From the NCBI GenBank assembly GCA_965220725.1, contig OZ244840.1, positions 1,408,548 to 1,472,547 of the forward strand: a stretch of DNA of 64,000 nt, read 5' to 3'. Positions 29,301 to 35,797 of the stretch are shown here, piece by piece (position 1 is the first letter of the stretch; every line of letters starts with the position of its first letter). This DNA comes from Arenicellales bacterium. Lineage in GTDB: Bacteria > Pseudomonadota > Gammaproteobacteria > Arenicellales > JAJDZL01. The notes below the pieces were generated by a model. It saw nothing but the letters and a program-made list of their open reading frames with translations. It searched no databases and was not told the origin of the DNA. The position numbers and the translations under genes are program-made.

Positions 29301-31974
29301 CAAGTCCGGCAATGGTGCCTATGGTGCCTGGACGGCGATTACGGGCAGCACCGCGACAACCACCAGTCACACGGTGACAGGGCTCGTCAACGACACGGCC
29401 TACACCTTGCGGATTCGGGCGTTGAATATCAGTGGAGCGGGTGCGGTGTCAGCCGAGGTGACGCAGACGCCGATCGCGGTGCCGGCGGCGCCGGTGGGAT
29501 TGACGGTGGCGGTAGGCGACGCGCGGTTGGTGTTGAACTGGACAGATCCGGGCAACAGCACGATCACGGGCTATCAGTACCAGTACAAGTCCGGCAGCGG
29601 CACCTACGGAGCCTGGATGCCGATGACGGGCAGCACCGCGACAACCACCAGTCACCTGGTGACGGGGCTGGTCAACGACACGGCCTATGCTTTCCGGATT
29701 CGGGCGTTGAATATCAGTGGAGCGGGTGCAGTGTCGGCCGAGGTGACACAGACGCCGATCGCGGTACCGGCGGCGCCGACAGGTCTGACGGCGACGGGCG
29801 GCGATGAACAGGTGATACTGACCTGGACTGATCCGGGTAATCGTTCAATCACGGGCTATGAATTCCAGTACAAGTCCGGCAGCGGACCCTACGGTGCCTG
29901 GATGGACATCGAAAACAGTACGGCGTCAACTGTAAGTCACACGGTGGCGAACCTGACCAATGGAGTTCAATATGTGTTCAAGATCCGCGCGGCGAATGTG
30001 TCCGGTGATGGAGCTGAGTCAGTTGAAAAATCAGCGATACCGCAGCCACCAATACCGGCGGTACCGACAGGATTCACAGTGCAGGTTGGTGACAACCGGG
30101 CAACTCTCAGGTGGTCTATACCGACTAATACGACTTCGATTTCGAGAATTGAGGTTCGCCATCAGGTTAAGGGCGCGTCGGACTGGAGTGACTGGGTTCG
30201 GCTTTCTGCGACAACGACCGAGTATACGGTGACCGGTCTGGTGAACGGAGAGACCTATATCTTTGAGGTCCGCGCAGTGAATTCAACAGGCTCAGGAGAA
30301 GCGGCAACGAAGGAAGAGCGACTTCGCCTGACGGTGCCGGACAAGCCGACGGGGTTGAAAGCAGAGCTGGGTGACGCTGTAGTGAGTCTTAGCTGGGTAC
30401 TGCCGACCAATGTGAATGAAATCACCGGTGTGGAGGTTCGCCACAAGGAAGCTGCGACGTCAGACTGGAGCGTTTGGACGATGCTGCCGGCAGATGCGAC
30501 ATCTTACACAGTTTCGACTGGACTAGCCATAGGTGTAGTAAACACATTTGAGGTCAGGGCGGTCAACTCTGTTGGTAACGGTAGTGCAGCATCGATTGAT
30601 GCGACACCGGTTCTGAGAGGGTCGTTGATCGAAGAGAGTACCAGGGAAACTCTTCCAGAAGTGGCAGCCATTATGGGTAGCGAGATCGTATCCGGCATAA
30701 GGACTCGTATCCAGGGTTTCGATACGACTTCGGGTTCCGGTGGAGTGCGTTTCAATGCGAGGCACAACGAATTGTTCTCATCAGAAAAATGGAATGAACC
30801 GGTACAGTTGGATGAGCAAGGGTTCCTGTTTGATGGTCGGTTTGAGACGCTGGTGAATTCACTTGGTCAGTCGGCTGATGGCCGGCATGCATCGCCGGTT
30901 TCGATTTGGACCGGAGCTGCGCTAAAGCGGTTCAAAGACGACGGAGGTGCTTTGCAATACGATGGTGAGATGTCCAGCTACAGTTTCGGACTGGACACCA
31001 GGCTTGGCGAGAACACGCTGGGTGGTTTCACAATGTCGAGGTTCACCGGTAAGACGGATTATGAGCGCGAAGGCGCTTCTGGACGTCAACAGATCAATGT
31101 GACAAGTGTCAATCCCTATTTCGGTTTGAAGAAATCGGAGTATTCAGTGTGGTCTTTTGTTGGCGCTGGTTCGGGTGAATTGGAGGTGGAGCAGGACTTC
31201 GTGAGCGGTGTCAGCACCAGTGACCTGTCTTTGAATACGCTGGGTGTTGGTGCAAGTGGTGAAGTGTGGCGCAGTGCAAGAACAACATTGCACCTTACGG
31301 GTGAGATTACGGTAACCGAGTTGAGTGTGGATGGTTCGGACACGATCGATGCAGTGAAGGTCGGAGCCAATCGCAGTCGCATGATTCTGTCCGCCAGTCA
31401 GCGCTATCAGATGGACCGGGGCGGCTATGTGGAGCCGAAGTTCGAGTTTGGCGTGGCACACGACAGCGGAGACGGTTCTACCGGTAGCCGACTGGAGATT
31501 GGAGCCGGTATGTACTATCTGTCGCCTTCGCAACGGATATCGATGTCACTGTCATCCTATAGTCTGGTGGAACGGAACAATTACAGCGAGTGGGGAGTTG
31601 AGGCTGGTATTCGAATGTTGCCGGGAGCAAGGGAGCGTGGCTTGTCATTCAGTCTGCAACCTTCCTACGGCGCAACGGTACGAGGCGTTGATCGGATTTG
31701 GGAGTCCAGCCGAACGATTGGTGACGAGGTGGATGATGAAGTATATCGTCCTCGACTCGACGCAAATCTTGGTTTTGGAATACCTATTATTGGAAACAGA
31801 GGATTGTTGACACCTTACGGCGAAGCATCAGTTAAAGAGGACGATAAGACTTATCGCGTTGGAACCCGATTCAATAATGGTTCCGGCTTCGAGTTGAATC
31901 TGTATGGCGAGACCGAAGATTCGATAAGCGATACGCGGCGTTCAATCAGGTTGCAGGGTGGAATCCGATTCTAG
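17368..31974 (+). CDS. Giant autotransporter-type adhesin, paralog 2 (about 4868 aa from TTG 17368)
   Basis: The ORF is open from 17269. Alignment with paralog 1 places the signal peptide (LKSKISRLFAFIGCLLCFSVTA) at TTG 17368; the 33 upstream codons are not signal-like and align to the non-coding leader of paralog 1. N-terminal architecture matches paralog 1. Then come one super-repeat unit, 24 tandem FN3, 2 PTN-type FN3 and a C-terminal beta-domain ending ...LQGGIRF. Confidence 0.85.
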   Translation: MKSKISRLFAFIGCLLCFSVTAYPTVASGNVLKYTFSDDGTTVTITATGRLDVTDFNFVLDTIPSDYARIRIDDTQIWGIHPPLQQPATPIRRYSGLPDFVTTGRDTYDGTNELDTLSNYSSNYQIEFSTWSKRLELDTERLTGNIYQISDGVTTFTGRLYDTDTTIKQLGDNDFHIVNAIGSQKIIFTTQTSLTPSFGTATVADQSYMQGRAISDLQLPAASGGDGTLSYSVIPALPAGLSFDAASRKITGTPTAAQAATEYTYSVIDTDGDIALLKFMITVVQQPHTLKYTFSDDGTTVTIAATGRLDVTNFTFVRDGVPGDYSRIKFDDTGIWGIHPPSQPTTQARRYDGLPDFVTTGKDTYGGTSELDGLSNYAYDSNYHIRFNTWLKYLELDNGRLTGNIYQISDGVTTFTGKLYDTDTTIKQLGDNDFHIVHAIGSQKIIFTTRTSLTPSFGTATVADKSYMQNQAISELQLPAASGGDGTLTYSVIPALPTGLSFDAASRKITGTPTAAQAATEYTYSVTDTDGDIALLKFMITVVQRPHTLTFTFSDNGTTSTIAASGSLDVSGFTFDRDLEQRTTLNLKIDDTGIWVIHPQHQNIINVSKSRYKDLPAFVTTGGDTYTGSTEVQNLSNYTQHDFAIRFSPSGRYLEIDKANLTGGIYDLTGESATFTGTLLSTLKDNDFHIEHAIGIHKIIFTTPVYFGNATIGNKTYTKGKAISDFELPQARSSDDQTVSYSISPDLPAGLSFNAASRKLTGTPTAVQAATEYTYTATDSDGDTATLTFEITVLQPRTLRFTFSDDGTTTTIAAAGSLDVSGFTFDTDKQPTNDRFLSIANTDRWAIYPSTVVGINIPLRRYKDLPGFVTTGSDSYTGLDQVENLPNYSDEFTIRFHTHAKWLEVDKASLTGDIYNPSGKKVTFTGTLLSTLTDNDFHIELAIGHQKIIYTTTPNKTPDFGVATVADQTYVKDEAISELLLPAATGGDGTLSYSISPALPAGLSFDDVSRKLTGTPTTDQAGTEYTYTASDDEEDTATLTFKISVVPVPDKPSGLSAVGNNGQVSLRWVNPRNSLITKYQYRQRAGSGNFGAWEDMSDSDANTTSHTVTGLTNGTGYGFRIRAVISQVNGVESDVVTATPRLMQPAKPTRLHASVPATGSVDLHWVAVDASATSWEYRKRFEVRRGSDGTLVRQDSYENWTAVTNSTATTRTVQVTGLETGVNLGSGEEGWYRFQVRGRNSLGMGPASDEVQARPVLETGLFGPGYSEQPQRFTIISGQHTTYTYPSIINLHTTEANPSMTIRVEPVTITHTFKPQVDGWIPSHSADLHRQAHTFSGTHNGATTNPLAGTASVRAGGSQRGSVNFYFSWLVPPDAPTSLSAAAAGSGRALLSWGDLPSTTHEPIRNAISYWEYRSKESTATDYTADWKRVAGSSGATRSHLVTGLDDSKSYDFAVRAVIDAARIDNLIRPDDPTADIVLEGSAATTSESFTPGEGVAAVLVNIPSLAVTEGASVTYTVSLGKQPTADVTITPSSSVAALASVSPSSLTFTASNWATSQTVTVTGVVDDDGVGGTATVTHSLSSTDTDYAGLAALALPSVSVTVSDDDTPDLTLSVTSLTGLDEAGTQSRTYTVKPTTAPASTLTVTPLTGSSSVTLSPASLSFDSSNWQTAQTVTVTGAQDDDAVANDVLITHGLSGPAEYSSLDGTAYQVTAAVSDDDTAGITAPLPARFNLREGSSYGYSVVLQTKPSAAVTLSVGSSNTNAVTGGSVTFTPGNWATPQTLTITAVDDATATSAVLTRSLTGAAEYAALTLSSVTVDVIDNDSPGLVVFTNTLAMIEAGDDASYTISLTTQPTADVTLTVTSGDSTLAQVSSDTGSTKTFSGSADLTFTNSNWSSAQTVTVRSPVDGNSTDDSVTLSHTVASTDAGYNNVDLSASDITVSISDVPAPAAPTGLTATAGDAQVTLEWTDPGNSTITRYQVQQKSGTDAYGEWGDIEGSTAATTSHILTGLDNNTTYTFRIRAVNAGGVGAASVEAAATPIAIPAAPTGLVATAGDAQVTLDWTDPGDSSITGYQVQQKSGSDDYGEWSAIANSTATTTSHTVTGLDNDTAYTFRIRAVNAAGGGEASAAVTATPIAVPAAPTEFKAKAGDTQVTLSWADPDNSTITGYQVQQKSGDDAYGAWNDIEDSTATTTEHTVTGLTNNTVYGFRVRAVNASGEGAASQEVLETPVTIPAAPTGLTAVAGDAQVTLGWTDPGNASINNYQYQSKSGSDGYGAWTDMMDSGAATVSYKVTGLVNDTAYTFRIRAVNDTGESPESAEVTATPIALPAAPTGLTATVGDAQVTLGWTDPQNSTITDYQYQYKSGSDDYGAWTAMMGSTATTTSHLVTGLVNDTAYTFRIRAVNASGEGAASAEVTQTPIAVPLVPTGLTIAKGDAQLTLGWTDPQNSTITGYQYQYKSGSDDYSAWTAMMGSTATTTSHLVTGLVNETAYTFRIRALNASGAGAVSAEVTQTPIAVPAAPTGLTAAVGDAQVTLGWTDPQNSTITGYEYQYKSDSSTYGAWTAMTPSTATTISHLVTGLVNETAYTFRIRALNASGAGAVSAEVTQTPIAVPAAPTGLTAAVGDAQLTLGWTDPQNSTITGYEYQYKSGTGTYGAWTAMANSTATTTSHPVTGLVNETAYTFRIRALNASGAGAVSAEVTQTPIAVPAAPTGLTVAVGNTELVLSWTDPGNSTITGYQYQYKSSGNAYGAWMAMTPSTATTTTHTVTGLTNNTAYTLRIRALNASGEGAVSAEVTQTPIAVPAAPTGLTAAVGDTELVLSWTDPGNSTITGYQYQYKSGNSAYGAWMAMTDSTATTTSHTVTGLVNGTAYTIRIRALNANGESTASAEVTQTPIAVPAAPTGLTAAVGDSELVLSWTDPGNSTITGYQYQSKSGSGTYGAWLPMTGSTATTTSHTVMGLINGTAYTFRIRALNVSGDGAVSAEVTQTPIAVPAAPTGLTAAVGDAELELSWTDPGNSTITGYEYQYKSGNGVYGAWMAMTDSTATTTSHTVSGLVNGTAYTLRIRALNVSGAGAVSAEVTQTPIVVPAAPTGLMAAVGDTELVLNWTDPGNGSITGYQYQYKSGNGAYGAWMAMTDSTATTTSHTVTGLVNGTAYTIRIRALNVSGEGAASAEVTQTPIAVPAVPVGLTAAVGDAELSLSWTDPGNSTITGYEYQYKSGGGAYGAWTAMTGSTAITTSHMVTGLVNNTAYTLRIRAMNVSGAGTASAEVTQTPIAVPAAPTGLTAAVGDAQLSLSWTDPGNSTITGYQYQYKSGNNAYSAWTAMTPSTATTTSHTVTGLVNDTAYTLRIRALNVSGAGAASAEVTQTPIAVPAAPAGLTAAVGDAQLSLSWTDPGNSTISGYQYQYKSGNGAYGAWTAMMPSTATTTSFTVTSLVNGTAYTIRIRALNISGAGAASAEVTQTPIAVPAAPTGLTAAVGDAELSLSWTDPGNSTITGYEFQYKSGNGTYGAWTAMTGSTATTTSHTVTGLVNDTAYTLRIRALNVSGAGAASAEVTQTPIAVPAAPTGLTAAVGDAKLLLSWTDPGNSTISGYQYQYKSGNGAYGAWTAMTPSTATTTSHTVTGLVNDTAYTLRIRALNVSGAGAVSAEVTQTPIAVPAAPTGLMAAVGDAQLSLSWTDSGNSTISGYQYQYKSGNGAYGAWTAMTPSTATTTSHTVTGLVNDTAYTLRIRALNVSGAGAASAEVTQTPIAVPAAPTGLTAAVGDAELELSWTNPGNNTITGYQYQYKSGNGAYGAWTAMTPSTATTTSHTVMGLVNDTAYTLRIRAMNVSGAGAASAEVTQTPIAVPAAPTGLTAAVGDAKLELSWTDPRNSTITDYQYQYKSGNGAYGAWMSMTGSNSTTTSHTLRSLVNDTAYTIRIRALNISGAGAVSAEVTQTPIAVPAAPTGLTAAVGDAELLLSWTDPGNSTISGYQYQYKSGNGAYGAWTAITGSTATTTSHTVTGLVNDTAYTLRIRALNISGAGAVSAEVTQTPIAVPAAPVGLTVAVGDARLVLNWTDPGNSTITGYQYQYKSGSGTYGAWMPMTGSTATTTSHLVTGLVNDTAYAFRIRALNISGAGAVSAEVTQTPIAVPAAPTGLTATGGDEQVILTWTDPGNRSITGYEFQYKSGSGPYGAWMDIENSTASTVSHTVANLTNGVQYVFKIRAANVSGDGAESVEKSAIPQPPIPAVPTGFTVQVGDNRATLRWSIPTNTTSISRIEVRHQVKGASDWSDWVRLSATTTEYTVTGLVNGETYIFEVRAVNSTGSGEAATKEERLRLTVPDKPTGLKAELGDAVVSLSWVLPTNVNEITGVEVRHKEAATSDWSVWTMLPADATSYTVSTGLAIGVVNTFEVRAVNSVGNGSAASIDATPVLRGSLIEESTRETLPEVAAIMGSEIVSGIRTRIQGFDTTSGSGGVRFNARHNELFSSEKWNEPVQLDEQGFLFDGRFETLVNSLGQSADGRHASPVSIWTGAALKRFKDDGGALQYDGEMSSYSFGLDTRLGENTLGGFTMSRFTGKTDYEREGASGRQQINVTSVNPYFGLKKSEYSVWSFVGAGSGELEVEQDFVSGVSTSDLSLNTLGVGASGEVWRSARTTLHLTGEITVTELSVDGSDTIDAVKVGANRSRMILSASQRYQMDRGGYVEPKFEFGVAHDSGDGSTGSRLEIGAGMYYLSPSQRISMSLSSYSLVERNNYSEWGVEAGIRMLPGARERGLSFSLQPSYGATVRGVDRIWESSRTIGDEVDDEVYRPRLDANLGFGIPIIGNRGLLTPYGEASVKEDDKTYRVGTRFNNGSGFELNLYGETEDSISDTRRSIRLQGGIRF
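17461..20505 (+). repeat. Four tandem composite modules (unknown domain + cadherin-like Ig domain) in paralog 2
   Basis: Module starts are at 17461, 18235, 19012 and 19762. From module 2 onward they are collinear with paralog 1 at a constant offset of 15105 nt. Confidence 0.85.
23205..30045 (+). repeat. 24 tandem in-frame 285-bp (95-aa) FN3 repeat units
   Basis: I counted 24 successive units of the form PIAVPAAPTGLTAAVGDAxLxLSWTDPGNSTITGYQYQYKSGNGAYGAWTAMTxSTATTTSHTVTGLVNDTAYTLRIRALNVSGAGAxSAEVTQT. 24 x 285 nt equals the 6.84 kb span. Central units differ by only a few residues. Confidence 0.85.
30615..31974 (+). other. Putative linker plus autotransporter beta-barrel translocator region of paralog 2
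   Basis: Collinear with the paralog 1 C-terminus (RGSLIEESTRETLPEVAAIMG... to ...RSIRLQGGIRF). By eye it is only about two-thirds to three-quarters identical to paralog 1. Confidence 0.65.
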
Positions 31975-32772
31975 CGGACACTCAATATTTCAACGGAATT
32001 TTGTTGGCGTTTGCTGAAACTCACGCAGCTGTCCATTCGGTGCAAAAAGCCTTCTGAAGCTTCAAGGCTGAACATCGATTCCTTATTGGCTTCCTCGGAC
32101 ATTTCCCCAAAAATCTTGTCCGCTTCTATTGAGTCGCGCTGGCCCGGTCCTTTGGTGGATCAAGAACTCAGTCAGTCAGAGTTTTCCCATGTGTTGTAGC
32201 CTGCAAGTACAGTGGTTCTCGGTAGTCGCTTGAAACATGAATACACAGATTTGTCGCTGCATTGGAATTCACAGTGAAAGAATTAAAGACGTTGACTTGA
32301 TTGCAAAATGAGTGTATTCGGATATGCATGTATTTCAAAGTGACATTCTCCTCGCACACAACAACTTTCACTGCCAGATTCAAAAAGTCAGATCAATTGT
32401 TGAAGTCAGTTTTCGATTGGTCGACCCGACACCAGTGTTGGTGCGACTTCAGTTCAGTCGATCGCCAAGTTCGAAGTCCAACAGGTCATGTGAAATCTTG
32501 TAGTCTCACACGCACCACAGCGCATTGACTTGAAGCGGCACAGTTATTTGAAATGTCAAGTGAATATGATTTCGCTGACAGTCAATCGGTTTTCATTCAT
32601 TGAAAATCTTGGAAAAGATAGTATTATTTACTGCATCGTGAGGATGTTGACTTACAATTGTCCAAACCATGGCAGGAGTGCCTGCAGCGAAATTCATTCT
32701 CTGCTGATATCGTATCGGTAGAAGGATTGAAGGAATTAAATCTACCTAAACCGTTCTGGGGATCAGACTTAA

Positions 32773-32985
32773 ATGCTTGAGAATACTTCCGAGGAAATCC
32801 AAACAAGAATTGAGAAACTTAAAACTGAACACCGGGATCTCGACGACGTGCTGAACAGGCTGTCAGAAGATCTCAATGTCGATGAACTGCAGATCAGAAG
32901 AATGAAAAAACGCAAACTGCAGCTCAAGGACACCATAATGATGCTGGAAAGCCAGTTGATGCCTGACGTATCCGCAAGGAAATAA
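32773..32985 (+). CDS. DUF465 (YdcH-like) small coiled-coil protein
   Basis: 70 aa. The pattern ...KLKTEHRDLDDVLNRL....DELQIRRMKKRKLQLKDTI... matches the DUF465 signature (H..LD..I......LKK.KL.LKD.I). Confidence 0.7.
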   Translation: MLENTSEEIQTRIEKLKTEHRDLDDVLNRLSEDLNVDELQIRRMKKRKLQLKDTIMMLESQLMPDVSARK

Positions 32986-32992
32986 GCCAGGC

Positions 32993-33013
32993 AGGAACGC
33001 CCCGGGCGTTCCT
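32993..33013. terminator. GC-rich palindrome between convergent genes (possible bidirectional terminator)
   Basis: aggaacgccc/gggcgttcct is a perfect 20-21-nt palindrome lying between the DUF465 stop and the ahcY stop. No strong U-tract on either strand. Confidence 0.4.
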
Positions 33014-34322
33014 AGTAGCGGTAGTATTCCGGTTTGAAAGGCCCTTCAGCCGGAACGCCGATGTAATCAGCCTGCTCGTCCGTCAGGCGAGTCAGGGTTG
33101 CACCGATTTTATCCAGGTGAAGTCGGGCGACCTCCTCATCCAGATGCTTGGGCAGCACATACACCTCATTGTGATAGTCATCGGCATTCTTCCACAGCTC
33201 GATTTGCGCCAGCACCTGGTTGGTGAACGAATTTGACATCACAAAACTCGGATGGCCGGTGGCACAACCGAGATTCACCAGCCGCCCTTCCGCTAACAGG
33301 ATCAGACGCTTACCATCAGGAAAGATGATGTGATCAACCTGTGGCTTGATGTTTTCCCATTCCAGTTCTCGCAGTGAGGCGACATCAATCTCGCCGTCGA
33401 AGTGACCGATGTTGCAAACGATCGCCTGATCCTTCATCTGCCGCATGTGATCCATCGTGATCACATGCCAGTTGCCGGTCGCGGTCACGAAGATATCCGC
33501 AACAGCGGCGGCTTCTTCCATGGTCACCACCCGGTAACCCTCCATCGCCGCCTGCAGTGCGCAGATCGGATCGACTTCGGTGACCAGGACGTTGGCACCC
33601 TGTCCGCGCAGCGACTGTGCACATCCCTTGCCGACATCGCCATATCCGCAAACCACGGCCACCTTGCCTGCAATCATCACGTCAGTCGCCCGCTTGATGC
33701 CGTCAAGCAGTGACTCCCGGCAACCATACAGATTGTCGAACTTGCTTTTCGTCACCGAGTCATTGACGTTGAATGCCGGGCATTTCAGCGATTGATCCTT
33801 GACCATCTCATGCAGGCGGTGAACTCCGGTGGTGGTCTCCTCGGTCAGTCCGCGGACGTTGGCCATCAACTCCGGATACTTCTCATGCATCACTACAGTC
33901 AAATCTCCACCGTCATCCAGCAGCATGTTCGGAGTCCAGTTGTCCGGTCCGAATATGGTTTGATCCACACACCACCAGTATTCCTCCTCGGTCTCACCTT
34001 TCCAGGCAAATACCGGTGTTCCAGTGGCGGCAATCGCAGCGGCAGCATGGTCCTGCGTTGAGAATATGTTGCACGATGACCATCGCACCTCGGCACCCAG
34101 ATGCTGAAGCGTCTCAATCAGCACGGCAGTCTGAATGGTCATATGCAGACAGCCGGCGATTCGCGCACCTTGAAGAGGACGTTCTTCCGAGAACTTGTCC
34201 CGGATCGCCATCAGTCCTGGCATCTCGGTCTCGGCGATTGCGATTTCCTTGCGTCCCCATTGTGACAGACCAAGGTCTGCAACCTTGTAGTCATCTGATA
34301 TCGATTTCAGCACTGCGGACAT
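33012..34322 (-). CDS. ahcY: Adenosylhomocysteinase
   Basis: 436 aa. The N-terminus [29 protein letters not shown] and an NAD-binding glycine-rich segment ([12 protein letters not shown]) are typical of SahH. AGGAGG sits upstream of the ATG. Confidence 0.95.
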   Translation of the reverse strand: MSAVLKSISDDYKVADLGLSQWGRKEIAIAETEMPGLMAIRDKFSEERPLQGARIAGCLHMTIQTAVLIETLQHLGAEVRWSSCNIFSTQDHAAAAIAATGTPVFAWKGETEEEYWWCVDQTIFGPDNWTPNMLLDDGGDLTVVMHEKYPELMANVRGLTEETTTGVHRLHEMVKDQSLKCPAFNVNDSVTKSKFDNLYGCRESLLDGIKRATDVMIAGKVAVVCGYGDVGKGCAQSLRGQGANVLVTEVDPICALQAAMEGYRVVTMEEAAAVADIFVTATGNWHVITMDHMRQMKDQAIVCNIGHFDGEIDVASLRELEWENIKPQVDHIIFPDGKRLILLAEGRLVNLGCATGHPSFVMSNSFTNQVLAQIELWKNADDYHNEVYVLPKHLDEEVARLHLDKIGATLTRLTDEQADYIGVPAEGPFKPEYYRY

Positions 34323-34367
34323 GTATGCTTCCTCCTAAAAATGGAATTGTTCAGTGATTGAGGCGGA

Positions 34368-35573
34368 CTAGCCCGCCGCCTGTCTCAGGGCATCCGCCTG
34401 ATCGGTCTGCTCCCATGAGAACTCGGATTCGGTTCGGCCAAAATGCCCATAAGCGGCGGTGTTTCTGTAGATCGGTCGCAACAGGTTCAGACCGCTGATG
34501 ATCTGCTTCGGTCGCAGGTCAAAGACCTCCCTGACAATGGCGGACAATCGGTCGTCGTCCAATCCGGGACGGCCGGTTCCGAATGTATTGACCATCAGTG
34601 ATACCGGCTGGGCAACACCGATTGCATAAGCGACCTGCACCTCGCAGCGGCTTGCAAGCTCTGCAGCGACGATATTCTTGGCAACGTATCGGGTTGCATA
34701 GGCGGCGGAACGGTCAACCTTGGACGGGTCCTTGCCCGAAAACGCACCACCACCGTGGCGGGCAGACCCGCCATAGGTGTCAACAATAATCTTGCGTCCG
34801 GTCAGTCCGCAGTCGGCTTTCGGACCGCCATCAATGAATCTTCCGGTTGGATTGATCAGGATCCGGTCTGATGCAGGCATCATCGACTCTGGAATGACCG
34901 GTACGATGATCTCCTCGATCACACCTTCGCGCACCTGCTTGGCGGACACATCCACATCATGCTGCGTCGACAGCACCACGGTGTTGATTGCCGAGGGTCT
35001 GTTGTCGTCGTAGACCACGCTGACCTGGGATTTGGCATCGGGACCGAGCCAGTCGAGACGACCGCTCTTTCTCACCTCGGCCTGCTGGCGAACCAGGCGA
35101 TGGGCATAGGTGATCGGCCAGGGCATCAATACATCCGTCTCGTCACACGCATAGCCAAACATCAGACCCTGATCGCCTGCACCCTGTTCAACATCCTCTC
35201 CCTCACCCTCGTTGACACCCTGTGCGATGTCAGGAGACTGCTTGTTCAGCAGATTCTCTACCCGTACCGTCTGCCAGTCAAATCCCCTGGCGTCGGAGTC
35301 ATACCCGATTTCCCTGATGGTATTGCGTACGATGGCCTCGTAGTCTGCATTTTCCGCGCCGGTTGTGACTTCGCCTGCAATGATGGCGTGGTGGCGGATA
35401 CTGGCATTGTCATCAGCAGTACTGGTTGACTTGACCAATGTCTCACAGGCAACGCGGCTGTTGGCATCCTGGGCGATCAGGGCATCGAGCACAGCGTCCG
35501 ATATCTGGTCCGCCATTTTGTCTGGATGTCCTTCAGACACAGACTCAGAGGTAAATATGAAATTTCCGGGCAT
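34368..35573 (-). CDS. metK: S-adenosylmethionine synthetase
   Basis: 401 aa. [37 protein letters not shown] and [19 protein letters not shown] are MetK signature motifs. Confidence 0.95.
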   Translation of the reverse strand: MPGNFIFTSESVSEGHPDKMADQISDAVLDALIAQDANSRVACETLVKSTSTADDNASIRHHAIIAGEVTTGAENADYEAIVRNTIREIGYDSDARGFDWQTVRVENLLNKQSPDIAQGVNEGEGEDVEQGAGDQGLMFGYACDETDVLMPWPITYAHRLVRQQAEVRKSGRLDWLGPDAKSQVSVVYDDNRPSAINTVVLSTQHDVDVSAKQVREGVIEEIIVPVIPESMMPASDRILINPTGRFIDGGPKADCGLTGRKIIVDTYGGSARHGGGAFSGKDPSKVDRSAAYATRYVAKNIVAAELASRCEVQVAYAIGVAQPVSLMVNTFGTGRPGLDDDRLSAIVREVFDLRPKQIISGLNLLRPIYRNTAAYGHFGRTESEFSWEQTDQADALRQAAG

Positions 35574-35797
35574 TTTCTTATGGGTTGGGGAGGTGAACGA
35601 TCAAAAGTGGTATTTTACTCATTTTCGCCGGGTTGATAGACGAATTGAACGATGATCGGTCAACCCCATGGCATTTTGTGATTATCTCATTTGAGATGTG
35701 CAGCAGGTGTGGTTGGAGTTGAATTTCACCGGCGCGACGAACTTCAAGGACCTGGAATCCCAGGCCGACTAAATCCAGTCATCGTCAGCTTTTGCGT

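Noticed and set aside
23205-30045. Regular 285-bp periodicity considered as a possible CRISPR or other non-coding array
   Set aside because: There are no short repeat/unique spacer alternations. The whole unit is repeated, is in frame, and encodes a complete FN3 domain.
35574-35797. Possible SAM- or SAH-responsive riboswitch upstream of the metK-ahcY operon
   Set aside because: I read the minus-strand leader against the remembered SAM-II and SAH consensus cores (AAAGCU-containing pseudoknot; GAGGAGCG...AACGGCGCUC) and found no convincing match. Only a 5-bp CCUGG/CCAGG hairpin is present. A covariance-model scan (Rfam RF00521, RF01057, RF00162) would be decisive.
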